Shown here piece after piece: positions 1-10,006 of a stretch of 64,000 nt of DNA. The stretch is taken from IMG/VR virus record IMGVR_UViG_3300031992_000019; one strand, 5' to 3'. How positions within the stretch are numbered: position 1 is the stretch's first letter; every line of letters begins with the position of its first letter. Both the position numbers and the translations under genes were made by a program. The notes under the pieces were generated by a model, which had not been told where the DNA came from, searched no databases, and was given only the letters and a program-made list of their open reading frames with translations. Origin of the DNA: a virus (Duplodnaviria; Caudoviricetes).

Positions 1-3000
1 CTTCGAGCTGCTTGCCCGTCATCTTCGTAAGGTCGGAGATGTCCCCGATACCTATCGAGCGGTAGTATTCGGACAGTTCCTTGTTCATCCTCACCCCATA
101 GGAGTGTGACCCCATAGACGCGCCAGCACCAAGTCTTTCCCTCGCGAGTTCTGCTGCGGCTTTCTGCTGCTCCTTGACGAGGTTCATAGCCTCCTTGGAT
201 GCCTTCACCGCCTCATTGCCCCACGATTCGCTCAAATACTCCTTCTTCTTGTCTATGAGGGTGTCCCAGATGGATATCAGCTCTTGATACTCCGCTTTCG
301 CGTCCTCGTAGTCCGAATCGTCCTTGGTGAATCCCAAGAGGTCTGCTGCTGCCGTTGCCAACTGGATGGCTGCGGAGATGATAGCCAAGATAGCGGATGC
401 CTTCTCTATTGTTGATATAGAGTCGGATGCAAGCTGCGAAGCAGTCATCATCGCTCCTCCCACCGAAGATACCATAGTGCCGATACCCTTGATGTATTTG
501 GCGGTCTCTCCTCCGAACTGCTCAAGGTCGCCACCTACCTTGTTCACCGCACCACCCAGTTTCTCAAGGTTTTGCCCCGTCTGGTTGAGGGACTTCTTGA
601 CGCGGTTGCCAGTGTTGGCGACATTATCCTCGGCTTGCGCCTGTCTATTACGTGCATTGGTGAGGTCTTGCGTGGCCTTGAGGACTACGGTTGTCGCTTG
701 CCCCCTCTGCGCCCTCATCAAGTCCTCCTCTGCCGTATATACGTTCTGCGTGGCTTCGGCTAACCTGTTTTGAGCCTCGGCATAGAGTTCGGCATTATCT
801 ATCACCTCTTGGTTGGAGAGGTTCTCTTGTGCGTCTGCCTCTGCCCTACGTGCATCCTCTATCCTCCTACGATATTCCTCAATTTGCTCTTCGGAATAGG
901 TGAATACCCCGTTGTCCTCGCTCTCAAATAGCGAGTTGCGGTTGTTCTCCGCACTCCTTACGCTTTCTTGGCTTCGGACGAGTTCGTCTTGGGCGGCTTT
1001 GTAGTCCTTGAAGTTCCTTATCAGGGATTTCAACGGATTTCTTTTGATGAGTTCGTTCTCGATTCTCCCCATCTCCTGCGCAAAGACCTTGATGTCCTTG
1101 GGGTCGAGGTCTGCCATAGACTCCTTGGCGGCTTCGATGTTCTCCCTCAAGGTTTTAAGGGATTCCGTGGATGCCGCCTCTATGTCGTTGAAGGCTTGGA
1201 AGAATGTCGGGTCGGACTTTATCTGCTCGATAGCCAATGATGCTATCGCCTTCGTCTCCTGCCCACCCAAGGTGAGGAGTTCGCCCCTTAACCTTCTGTT
1301 TAGTTCGAGCGCGGTGTTCTTCTCTATCTCCGAAGAAGTCTGCGAGGCGATGACCTTCTCGTTCTTGGCTATATCCAGTTCTATGTCCCTCTTCTTCGTG
1401 GCATACTCCCTATCAATAGCCTCCCTACGTTTGTAGTATTCGAGATACTTGTTCTCGGACTCACCCTTGTAGGCATTGGCGATGGCTTCCTCCCTCTGAC
1501 GCTCGTAGAGCCGTTTTAACCACTCGTCTTGCGTACTTTCTATCTTGACCCTATAACTCTCCGTTATCTCGGTCAATCGCTGCTCCAGCGAACCGTATTT
1601 GGAAATGTAGTCGTGGAATGCCTTGTCAGCCTCAAACTCGATTTGTATTCTTCGCCCGTCAATGCCCGTGAGAATCCTTTGCAGGTCTTTTAGTTCCTCA
1701 AGGGCATCCCCGTCAATCTCTGGTGTGATGGTGATTATCCTGCCTAATTGTTCGGCGGTGAGTTCCTTGATTTCCTCTTGCCCTCTTTCCTTGAGAATCT
1801 TGTTGGCTTTCTCAACGGCTTTCCGTCTATCGGACTCGTTCTCCGCGAGGTTCTTCCTTCGGTCGGCTTCCTCTTTCGCGTACTTCTTGAGTAGTTCGGC
1901 TGACGAATCATATTTGAGGTTCGAGGACTTTATTTCGGACTGATAGGCTTTCTCGGCTGCGGCTGCAAGTTTCTGGTAGGTCTCCGACTTTTCAAGGATG
2001 GCTTTCTTGGAATTTTCAAACGCGGAATCCTTGGCTTCGGGATTGGCGGCTTTCCACTCGGCTTTCGCGGCTTCCTCGGCGGCTTTTTTCCTGTCCTTCT
2101 TCTGCTGCTCTATCCTCTGGAGTTCCTTCTTGTGGTCGAAGTCCCTTTGGGCGATGATTTTCTCCGAGCCGTCACGCATCGAATCAATCCTCGACTGCGT
2201 TTCCGCGTTGTCTGCCTCGCGCTGCTCCTTCTCGATTTTAAGTCGGTTGTCCTTCAATACCCTTCTTCGGTTCTCTGCCTCTTGCTCCAACTTGTCGGCG
2301 ATGTCACCGCCAGCATCCTTATACGCACCTTGCGCCTCTTGCATCTCCTGCCCCAGAAGGTTGTTGAACTCCTGCGCCTGCACTTGGGAAAGCTGACCAT
2401 TCTGTCCCTCAATCATTTCGAGGATTTTCTTCAGTTTCTCGTTAGACTTGAGGAGTTCCTTTTCCGCGTCATTGAAGACAAAGTTACCTTGGGCGAACTT
2501 CTTCTGGATGGTCTTGATGAGGTTCTCCCTTTTCTTGGCTTCCTTCCGTAATTCTTCGGTGGTACGGGTGTTGTTGAGTTCGGTTTCCGACTTCGTGGCT
2601 TGTTTCTCCGCGTCCTCGGCTTGCTTGCGTGCGTTGTCAACGGTGTTTTGCGCCTTCTCCGCAGCCAACCCCACCCACTTGGCTAATCTTCCGAGGATGG
2701 ATTCTTGGTCTTTGAGCGCAGTTATATCAAGTTCGATGGGCAACTGGACGGGCGAGGTCTTGATTTTCTCTATGTCCGCTTCGTTCAAGGCTTCGAGGAG
2801 TTTCTTCCTCAAAGTGTTCTCATCGAAGTTCACCCATTCGGACACCTCTATGCCCTTTTCTTGCGCTTGGGTGAGAAGGTCATCCGTACTCATCGTATAT
2901 CTGTCCTGCACATCCTTGGCGGCTTTGTAGATTTCAAACCTCTCCTTGGCTGCATCTGCCGCATCCCTCTCCAGCTTGACCCTCTCGCTTAAAGGTTTCT

Positions 3001-5440
3001 TGGCATACTCCTCCTCCTCGCGCATCTTCTCCATGCCCTTGATGGATGCTTCGTTGTTCTTATGGAAGTCCTCCATAAACTTGAGCATCTCGCTCATGGA
3101 CTGCTTGCCCTCTTCGGGGTTGAGGTCTTGGTAGAGGTCGGCAAGTCCTTGCGCGTTTTCCGTGCCTATCTGTTCTAATTCCTCGCGACGTTTCTTCATC
3201 TCATCGCTCATCTTGGCACTCGTTATGATGGTTCTATATTCGTAGGCTTGCTCTTGGGAAAGGAGTTTGCCACCGATATTCTCATAGTCGGTGTATCTTC
3301 CAGCCTCCTCGACCTGCTGCTTCCTATCGTCCTCGTCCTTTCTCCTCCTTACCCTCTGCGCATCCTTCTTGACCTTATCAAGTTGTTCGGGTGTCATCTG
3401 GGCAAGTTGGTAGGCGGTGTACTTCTCCGTCAATTCGGGGAGGATTTCCGAAAGTTTCTTGTATGCCTCATACCTTTCGAGTTCGGTTGAGTTCTCGTTG
3501 CTTATGATGTCAGCAAGGGATTCCTCTTCTTCCCTCCTCTTTTTTAGACCTTCAAGATACCTCTGGTTCTCATCGGCTACCTTTCGCGTGGCTCTCTCCT
3601 GCTCGGTTTCTGCGGTTACTCCGTAGTAGATTATCCCGACAAGCGCGGCAATGGCTGCTGCCATCAATACATAAGGATTGGAAAGCGCGGCTTTGGTGTT
3701 CTCTATCATAGAGGCGGTGAGCATCTTGAATGACCCAGCCAAAGTGAGATTGGAGGTTGTATGCGCCTTCTTTGCTATCGCCGACCTTATGTGACGTTTC
3801 TCCGAATTGCTTGCGGCTACGGCTTCGATGAGTTGTGCTTGTGAGGCATCCTTTGTTGCAACGGCTGCTATCAGTGATGCTTTGGCATCGGCATCCCTCG
3901 CTACCTTGTTGATAAGCATAGCCTTGGTCTGCGCATCCGTGGCCACTTTGTTGATGACCTTTGCCTTGGTGTCGGCATCCGTGGCAAGCGAAAGCGCGAT
4001 TGTAGCCAACCTCAACCCTGTCTGCCCTCCTTGTGCTGCCGTGTTTGTCGCCCTCATCAAAAGAAGTGCGGTTCTATAAGTACCGAAGGTAGCCACGGCA
4101 AACCCCATCCACTTGGCGATATCCTTCCAGTGCTCCACCATAGCACTACGCATCTTGAGGGACTTAATCTTCGCACCCTCAAACATCTGCCCCATCTCGT
4201 TATACATCGAGTGAAGGTTGTCTGCCAACTGACCTTCCTCTGCGGAGATGTTGTTGAGTTGCGCTGCCATGATGCCGTGGAACTGACCGCCCTCTTGTGT
4301 TAGGTGGTCTAACACTTGGTTGAGTTGCTCGAAGGTGATTTTGGTGGACGAGGAGGCAATACCCATCTCGTTCATAATGTCTTTTAGGACGATGCCTTGC
4401 GATGCCCACGACTGCTGCATCTGCCCGTTTACATAACCGATGGACTTCGCCCTGTTATACATGTCCACAAGCTGACCCAACGGCTTGTGTGTGGCGGTGG
4501 CTACCTCGGACAACTGATTAAGTCGGGGAATGATGGTTTCCACGGCTTGACCATAGGCGAGCATCTGCTTCGACCCCTCTACAAGGTCGGAGAACTCGAA
4601 CATATTGTAGTACGCGGCATCCTCCAACTCACCGACAAACTTCTGCGACTTGGACTTGTCCCCAAGAAACACATCCATCGTGCTCTGGATGTCCTGCATC
4701 TCCTCCCTTACCTTGAGGCTCTGGTCATACACACCCTTTAACTTGGAGTATGCTCCTTCCAAACCCATAGTGAAGAGATTGCCCACGGACACGCCCGTAG
4801 CCACACTCACTATGTCATTGAGGATATTCTTTACCTCGTTTCCCCCTTCCTGTAATCTCGCGAAAGCCTCGCCAAGTCCGTCATCTATCCTATCCGCAGC
4901 ATCGGCAGCACCCTCCGTAGCACCCTCCATGATATACTTGTAGATGCCATTCTCCTTGAGGTTGATGGCTCGCTCTGTATTGAGTTCGGAAAGGTCAAAG
5001 GCATATTCCCCCTCCTTTGTCTGCGCGTCTTGGAGTTCGGAATGTGCATCGGCAAGTTTCTTCCTCGCATCAGCCAGCTTCTGCACGTCACCAGTTCGGA
5101 AAGCCTCAAGGGAAGCCGCCTCAAGTTTTTCGATGTCCTTGATGAGCCTGCCTATCGTTGCCCTCTCCCCGTCAAGTGCCGACCTTACGTTGGAAATCTT
5201 CTGGGTGAGTTCCTTGTCCCTTATCGCGAAAGCCTCTTGCATCCTCGCCCCGTCCTTCGCGGCATCGGAAACGAGTTCCGCGAGCTTTCTTCGCGCATCT
5301 GCAAGATTGCCGTTGAGCTTGTCAAAGTTCTTCGTGCCGTAGTCGGCATTGTCGAGTGCCTTTTCCAGACTCTCTATCTCTTTTCTTAACCTCAAAGCCT
5401 CGGTGTAGTCGGCTTCGACATTGAATGCAAGTAATGCCAT
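1..5440 (-). CDS. Tape measure protein of phage A (3' end runs off the window, >1800 aa)
   Basis: ATG at 5440 (MALLAFNVEADY...); reads in the same frame at the window edge (...DLTKMTGKQLE); Ala/Lys/Glu-rich helical sequence following the tail chaperone; absent from the ORF track, consistent with no stop in the window. Confidence 0.88.
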   Translation of the reverse strand, partial: MALLAFNVEADYTEALRLRKEIESLEKALDNADYGTKNFDKLNGNLADARRKLAELVSDAAKDGARMQEAFAIRDKELTQKISNVRSALDGERATIGRLIKDIEKLEAASLEAFRTGDVQKLADARKKLADAHSELQDAQTKEGEYAFDLSELNTERAINLKENGIYKYIMEGATEGAADAADRIDDGLGEAFARLQEGGNEVKNILNDIVSVATGVSVGNLFTMGLEGAYSKLKGVYDQSLKVREEMQDIQSTMDVFLGDKSKSQKFVGELEDAAYYNMFEFSDLVEGSKQMLAYGQAVETIIPRLNQLSEVATATHKPLGQLVDMYNRAKSIGYVNGQMQQSWASQGIVLKDIMNEMGIASSSTKITFEQLNQVLDHLTQEGGQFHGIMAAQLNNISAEEGQLADNLHSMYNEMGQMFEGAKIKSLKMRSAMVEHWKDIAKWMGFAVATFGTYRTALLLMRATNTAAQGGQTGLRLATIALSLATDADTKAKVINKVATDAQTKAMLINKVARDADAKASLIAAVATKDASQAQLIEAVAASNSEKRHIRSAIAKKAHTTSNLTLAGSFKMLTASMIENTKAALSNPYVLMAAAIAALVGIIYYGVTAETEQERATRKVADENQRYLEGLKKRREEEESLADIISNENSTELERYEAYKKLSEILPELTEKYTAYQLAQMTPEQLDKVKKDAQRVRRRKDEDDRKQQVEEAGRYTDYENIGGKLLSQEQAYEYRTIITSAKMSDEMKKRREELEQIGTENAQGLADLYQDLNPEEGKQSMSEMLKFMEDFHKNNEASIKGMEKMREEEEYAKKPLSERVKLERDAADAAKERFEIYKAAKDVQDRYTMSTDDLLTQAQEKGIEVSEWVNFDENTLRKKLLEALNEADIEKIKTSPVQLPIELDITALKDQESILGRLAKWVGLAAEKAQNTVDNARKQAEDAEKQATKSETELNNTRTTEELRKEAKKRENLIKTIQKKFAQGNFVFNDAEKELLKSNEKLKKILEMIEGQNGQLSQVQAQEFNNLLGQEMQEAQGAYKDAGGDIADKLEQEAENRRRVLKDNRLKIEKEQREADNAETQSRIDSMRDGSEKIIAQRDFDHKKELQRIEQQKKDRKKAAEEAAKAEWKAANPEAKDSAFENSKKAILEKSETYQKLAAAAEKAYQSEIKSSNLKYDSSAELLKKYAKEEADRRKNLAENESDRRKAVEKANKILKERGQEEIKELTAEQLGRIITITPEIDGDALEELKDLQRILTGIDGRRIQIEFEADKAFHDYISKYGSLEQRLTEITESYRVKIESTQDEWLKRLYERQREEAIANAYKGESENKYLEYYKRREAIDREYATKKRDIELDIAKNEKVIASQTSSEIEKNTALELNRRLRGELLTLGGQETKAIASLAIEQIKSDPTFFQAFNDIEAASTESLKTLRENIEAAKESMADLDPKDIKVFAQEMGRIENELIKRNPLKSLIRNFKDYKAAQDELVRSQESVRSAENNRNSLFESEDNGVFTYSEEQIEEYRRRIEDARRAEADAQENLSNQEVIDNAELYAEAQNRLAEATQNVYTAEEDLMRAQRGQATTVVLKATQDLTNARNRQAQAEDNVANTGNRVKKSLNQTGQNLEKLGGAVNKVGGDLEQFGGETAKYIKGIGTMVSSVGGAMMTASQLASDSISTIEKASAILAIISAAIQLATAAADLLGFTKDDSDYEDAKAEYQELISIWDTLIDKKKEYLSESWGNEAVKASKEAMNLVKEQQKAAAELARERLGAGASMGSHSYGVRMNKELSEYYRSIGIGDISDLTKMTGKQLE

Positions 5441-5697
5441 TATTTCTGTTTTCGTCTTGCGGCCATTTCACGACCAGTTATCTTTTTAACCTTCGCACCC
5501 ATAACGGTGTGGAGTTTGTCCTTTTGCATAATAAGGAGATTGCGGTAAGGAATCTCATACACCACCTCTCGATAGGAAAGATGCAGCTCCTCCATGAACG
5601 TAGCAATCTGCCCGAGTAAAGTCGCGTTGCCCGCTACTTCGGTCTTGCTATCAGCATCGCCACGTTCTTGGTCAAAGCCGATAGCTTGAAGAAATTT
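5440..5697 (-). CDS. -1 frameshift extension of the tail assembly chaperone (gpGT-like C-terminus)
   Basis: Slippery A-AAT-TTC at 5697-5691; the -1 frame is open (FLQAIGFDQERGDADSKTEVAGNATLLGQIATFMEELHLSY...KQK*) to a TAA overlapping the TMP ATG. Confidence 0.75.
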   Translation of the reverse strand, partial: KFLQAIGFDQERGDADSKTEVAGNATLLGQIATFMEELHLSYREVVYEIPYRNLLIMQKDKLHTVMGAKVKKITGREMAARRKQK

Positions 5698-6017
5698 TCG
5701 GTGGAGATGAGGGAAAGACCCTTCTCTATCCCGTTGACTATCTCGTCAAAAGTACCCTTGGAGAGTTCCTCCGTCAGACTTTCGTCCCCAGTGATTAGGT
5801 AGCTCAATGCCTTGGCACACCCCTCCGCTCCGTATAGGGCGGTCTGCAATATCGTGCTTATGTCACGAGCCTCGCCCAGCTCACCCAAGGAATGACCGAC
5901 ACCAGCCAAGATATGTATCGTGGGCGGTTTTATCACATAGCATTTCCCGTTCACAAAGCACGTTGCGATATCATACCCCAACAGGGCACTTGATACTAAT
6001 TTACTCCCTTTGCTCAT
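5634..6017 (-). CDS. Tail assembly chaperone (gpG-like)
   Basis: Lies between major tail and TMP; likely start MSKGSK at 6017; contains the slippery site. Confidence 0.75.
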   Translation of the reverse strand: MSKGSKLVSSALLGYDIATCFVNGKCYVIKPPTIHILAGVGHSLGELGEARDISTILQTALYGAEGCAKALSYLITGDESLTEELSKGTFDEIVNGIEKGLSLISTENFFKLSALTKNVAMLIARPK

Positions 6018-6085
6018 AATATGAAAATCGGGATGCACGGGATTTTCTCCCACACATCCCGAAGAAATGAATATGAAGACCTTAT

Positions 6086-6649
6086 TTAGTCAACCTCGTC
6101 CTCGTCGAACCAAAGTTCTGGCGAAAGCAGCTCGTTCTGCGGCTCCATCGCAGTTGCGTTGCAAGCCAGACCGATAGCACCATCGGTGTTTGCTTCGCGG
6201 GTGTTGATGTTCGCGTAGGGAAGGACGATGTACTGCTTGTCCTCGGTACGGGCGACAATAATCTTCCTCAAGTCCACAGTGCCACGCGCACGCGCCCAGC
6301 CTACGGCATCACCGCCTTGGTTGGTGATAACCGTGCCGCCCAAGAGGTCAGCCTTGGTCTGGTAGTCATAGCGACCGATGGTGAAGTTAATCTGAACCTC
6401 TCCCATCGTCTTCGACCCCATTCGGTAAACCGAACCCGTGAGCTGGTTCTTGTAGGAGTCCTGCGAAGATTCGGTTTCCTCAATCTGCCAAGTGTCCTGA
6501 TGGACGTTCTTGATTTCCTTGGTGGTGTTGGCCTCAATGAGAGCCTTCACGTTAGCACCAGTGACCTGTGCATTGAGGGAATCCCACGCGGTGTAGTCCG
6601 CATACCAAATCTTCTCGACATCTACTCCCGATACTTGTTTGTTTGCCAT
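6086..6649 (-). CDS. Major tail (tube) protein
   Basis: 187 aa, beta-rich, between tail terminator and chaperone. Confidence 0.7.
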   Translation of the reverse strand: MANKQVSGVDVEKIWYADYTAWDSLNAQVTGANVKALIEANTTKEIKNVHQDTWQIEETESSQDSYKNQLTGSVYRMGSKTMGEVQINFTIGRYDYQTKADLLGGTVITNQGGDAVGWARARGTVDLRKIIVARTEDKQYIVLPYANINTREANTDGAIGLACNATAMEPQNELLSPELWFDEDEVD

Positions 6650-7039
6650 TTATTTTACATTTAGAATGTTAAACAATAGACGTAAATTCACGTAGTGACA
6701 ACGAAGTTGCCTGTCCTCCTCTGTGTTCGTTCCCGCCCACTTAATCCTGAATGTTGTCCCATCATACTCTCCAACGATGGACTCAAAGAGTTCCATTCCC
6801 GCCCTTTCAAGCTCTTGGAGGGTACGCCTGTCCGCTTCACCCTCTATGTCGGGTGCGGAGAGGTTCACCATAATAAAACACTTGTTCCAGTATGTCTCTG
6901 GGGTAAGTGTATCGGAGAATATCGTCACCCTCGGCTCTGTCACCTCACCCCTCGGGATGTTGCCCCTCTGATATACGGGGAATCCAAGGGATAGGGCATA
7001 GTTGTGGACGATATTTACCGCATCGGTGGTGGTTATCAT
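6650..7039 (-). CDS. Putative tail terminator/completion protein
   Basis: Position and size (129 aa). Confidence 0.5.
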   Translation of the reverse strand: MITTTDAVNIVHNYALSLGFPVYQRGNIPRGEVTEPRVTIFSDTLTPETYWNKCFIMVNLSAPDIEGEADRRTLQELERAGMELFESIVGEYDGTTFRIKWAGTNTEEDRQLRCHYVNLRLLFNILNVK

Positions 7040-7332
7040 TCAAAGACTTTTTTAAGTTGCTGCTCCGCGAAGAGTGCCGCCGCGCCTACCACCGTGAAGC
7101 CTTTCGACTCGACATAGGAGGCATATTCGGCGACATTCATTATGGTCAGTCCATTGGGTGTTACAAAGTATCGGTTCGAGGCACGCAGATGTCCAGTGTG
7201 GTCTTGGTAGTTGCCCGTGGCTTTCGCGTAGGACACCGCCTTTCTCCCCACCTTGTCCATCTCGTTCATCACCTCTTCTACCCCCTCCTTGAAGAATTTA
7301 TCTACATCGGAGAAGTCCTTCCTTACACCCAT
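7036..7332 (-). CDS. HK97 gp10-like neck/tail completion protein
   Basis: YQDHTGHLRAS and YASYVESKG motifs. Confidence 0.7.
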   Translation of the reverse strand: MGVRKDFSDVDKFFKEGVEEVMNEMDKVGRKAVSYAKATGNYQDHTGHLRASNRYFVTPNGLTIMNVAEYASYVESKGFTVVGAAALFAEQQLKKVFE

Positions 7333-7637
7333 ATCACGGAATAGTTTAGCTTGTTGGTTCGGATGACTCTGTTGACTTTCCCACGTCCCCTCACCTTCTC
7401 ACCGTCATAGGCTATAACCTCATCCCCCGCTTGGATTTCGGTCTTTCCCTCTATGACGATTTTGTAAGTTGAGCGATAGACTGTGCCGTTGTCGCTGATG
7501 AGGTCTTGCGTGGAATCGTCATCACATCGGCATCCTCCCCCGTCAAGCCATTCCCCCTCCGAAGATACGGGTCTTCCGTACTCGTCGCGCGACACTTGGG
7601 GTCGGCGGTAGGTTAGCGTATGAGGTTTGTAGAACAT
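7323..7637 (-). CDS. Putative head closure protein
   Basis: RDEYGRP motif; position. Confidence 0.55.
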   Translation of the reverse strand: MFYKPHTLTYRRPQVSRDEYGRPVSSEGEWLDGGGCRCDDDSTQDLISDNGTVYRSTYKIVIEGKTEIQAGDEVIAYDGEKVRGRGKVNRVIRTNKLNYSVIWV

Positions 7638-7638
7638 A

Positions 7639-7980
7639 TCACCACTTTCCAGTTCTATCGGTTATTACATTCATGTCGAGTGCAGCCGTGGCTTCTTCGT
7701 CAGGCTTTACTCCCCACTTCCGACACAACCATAGATAGAACTTGCCGAGGTTGGCATAATCCCACGTCTCCGAGAATCCGTTTTCCGAGATGCTTTTCAG
7801 CCTTGGCTGGAAAAGGATGCTTTCTATACCCGAACATAGGGCGCGACCCACTGCGGCTTGGTTCTCCGCAGTATAGTCATCCGTTTCCTCCATCCCCGAC
7901 TCCAAGAGGATGTCGAAGATGGTGGTCTCGTTCACCCCATACGGGTTCAACGTGGTTCTTATGTACTCTCCTATGGTCAT
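7639..7980 (-). CDS. Putative head-tail adaptor
   Basis: Position; SISENGFSETW motif resembles gp6/gp15-like adaptors. Confidence 0.55.
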   Translation of the reverse strand: MTIGEYIRTTLNPYGVNETTIFDILLESGMEETDDYTAENQAAVGRALCSGIESILFQPRLKSISENGFSETWDYANLGKFYLWLCRKWGVKPDEEATAALDMNVITDRTGKW

Positions 7981-8333
7981 TTCTTCTTCCTCTTACGCTT
8001 TGGTTCGGGGGTTTCTTCGGTGACATCCTTCCCCGTTTCATCGGATGTTTCCGACTCTTCGGTTTCGGGATTTTTGTCCAAGACCTTTTCCGTGTTATCG
8101 GATGTTTCCGACTCCGTGGTTTCGGTCACTTCCGAACTTTCGTCCGTTGTCTGGGTGTTTTCCTCACTACCCTCGGTAGGGGGAGTTTCGGGAATCTCCT
8201 TCCACTCCTCCACCAAGTGTAAGCTAATGAGGGTCTTGCCCCTTTCCTCATCCACCTCAAGGGTTTCCCCAATATGGTGAACAAGAGTGAACCTCGTCTT
8301 GTCACGGAACTCATTGAGAACAACAACCTTCAT
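7977..8333 (-). CDS. Small head-associated protein with acidic low-complexity tail
   Basis: N-terminal FRDK...GETLEVDEERG domain, Glu/Thr/Ser linker, basic C-terminus. Confidence 0.6.
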   Translation of the reverse strand: MKVVVLNEFRDKTRFTLVHHIGETLEVDEERGKTLISLHLVEEWKEIPETPPTEGSEENTQTTDESSEVTETTESETSDNTEKVLDKNPETEESETSDETGKDVTEETPEPKRKRKKK

Positions 8334-8345
8334 TGTCAGAACGTG

Positions 8346-9431
8346 TTATGCCTGCACCGTCTTCGAGTCGAGGGTGTAGATGCGGTCAACATTGTTGATT
8401 ACGGGGAGTACCATAGCCTGCGAAGCGGTGAACTCGCGCAGTGGGTCAACGAGAGAATACTTGGAAACCAAGATGTACTCGTCGGCGGTCTGGTAATCCA
8501 CGTTGGGAACACGGCGGGTTGCCTCGGCTACGTCACTCCAAACGAGGTCGCCAAGTTTGGTGTCGCAGGTGAAGACAACCATACCCTCCTGCCAAGGATT
8601 GTGGTTCTGCTTCTTGCCGTTGATTTCGGTCTTAATCTTCCTTGCCACGCGGTGGATGTTGACACCCCACTTGGTCTGGATGACCTGCGCAGCCTTGTCG
8701 AAGTCAAGGGTAGGAACGGTGTTGTTGTTGGTGGTAACGCCCATGTCGAAGGCATACTGACCGCGAACTTGTTTGTTCTTGTAGAGGCGGGTGAGCGCGA
8801 AGTCATCAAGCCAAATGTCGGTGATGGTGTTCTGGTCATCCACGGCCTTGTCGAAAATCTTCTGCATGTCGTCGATGGGGAGGGCATTCTCCACGTCATT
8901 CCACAGGGTTGCTACACCGAACTTGTGGGAGTCGAGATAACCCACGTCCACACGGACACCAGTGCCGTTGTTGGCATACGAAAGACCCACGCCAGTGGAA
9001 AGCTCCGAAAGGAAGATGTCCTCGATGCGCTCCCAGATGGCCTCGATGACACGGGGAGTGTCCTCGAAAATCTTGCGGGCAATCATCGGGAATGGACGCT
9101 GCTGTGCTACCATAGCGTCGATGTCCTTCATCTGCTTCTCCGAAAGGTACATCTTGAGACCCATCTTCGGAATCTCGCCCTGTGCGGTCGAGAGCGCGTC
9201 ACGGCTCTTGAGTGGGAGTTCGGAGTCAAGAGAAACCACATCGGCGGCTACGCGGGTGTACTCCGCAAGCACGCTTGCCCAGCGACCATCGGGCGAATAG
9301 GTGGTGTCAAGAAGGTCACGGAAGAAATAGGGAAGGGTCTGCTGCCTCTTCTCATTGAGCTTCTCCACAATCTCGGTGACGAGGGAGGGGAAGTTCTCGT
9401 GGACAAATTCAAAGTATAATGACTTGTTCAT
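8346..9431 (-). CDS. Major capsid protein (lambda gpE-like, HK97 fold)
   Basis: 361 aa after the decoration gene; AADVVSLDSELPLKSR...GEIPKMG and C-terminal LPVINNVDRIY segments. Confidence 0.85.
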   Translation of the reverse strand: MNKSLYFEFVHENFPSLVTEIVEKLNEKRQQTLPYFFRDLLDTTYSPDGRWASVLAEYTRVAADVVSLDSELPLKSRDALSTAQGEIPKMGLKMYLSEKQMKDIDAMVAQQRPFPMIARKIFEDTPRVIEAIWERIEDIFLSELSTGVGLSYANNGTGVRVDVGYLDSHKFGVATLWNDVENALPIDDMQKIFDKAVDDQNTITDIWLDDFALTRLYKNKQVRGQYAFDMGVTTNNNTVPTLDFDKAAQVIQTKWGVNIHRVARKIKTEINGKKQNHNPWQEGMVVFTCDTKLGDLVWSDVAEATRRVPNVDYQTADEYILVSKYSLVDPLREFTASQAMVLPVINNVDRIYTLDSKTVQA

Positions 9432-9442
9432 TTCTTATGGTT

Positions 9443-9988
9443 TTAGGCGTTATACACCGTCCCCACATTCTCGTCCTTCTGGAAGATGATGTGAGGCACT
9501 GCGGCAAGGAAGGCACTCTTGATGCTCTCGATGCTGACATACATACACTCTGGGTTCACCACGCCGTCATACATGATGGATGACTGGGGGTTGGTCTTCT
9601 CGATGGTGCGGTAGTTGATACCCACGTACTTTGCACCTTGTGGGAGCGACCCATAGACATAGGTCTGCTCGCCATCCTCGTTGAGGACAGGCTTGGTGAT
9701 GGCTACGGGGTTCTCCACACCTGCTGCGGTGGCTGCTGCCGAGGTCTCGTAGGTGGTGGTGGCATCGGCTGATGCTCCATATACGGTGGTAGTGGCGGCA
9801 CTTACGGGCATTGGAGAATATACACCTTCCTTCTCGATGATGACGTGACCCGCTGGAATTACCGAAAGGGGGAATCCTTCAACCTTCAAGGTACGACCCC
9901 CAGGGATGCCCGAGATGAACTTCTGGACTACAACCGAGTCCAAGCCGAAAAGAATCCCGCGCTTTCCGCGATTTGCATTTGCAATCAT
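9443..9988 (-). CDS. Head decoration protein (gpD-like)
   Basis: IPGGRTL...IPAGHVI motif; position upstream of the capsid gene. Confidence 0.6.
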   Translation of the reverse strand: MIANANRGKRGILFGLDSVVVQKFISGIPGGRTLKVEGFPLSVIPAGHVIIEKEGVYSPMPVSAATTTVYGASADATTTYETSAAATAAGVENPVAITKPVLNEDGEQTYVYGSLPQGAKYVGINYRTIEKTNPQSSIMYDGVVNPECMYVSIESIKSAFLAAVPHIIFQKDENVGTVYNA

Positions 9989-10006
9989 TGTCTTTGTTTT
10001 CTTGTT

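Noticed and set aside
324-5389. Many + strand ORFs
   Set aside because: Shadows of the - strand tape measure gene
8041-8114. 17-bp duplicate TCGGATGTTTCCGACTC
   Set aside because: Coding repeat (ESETSD) in a low-complexity linker
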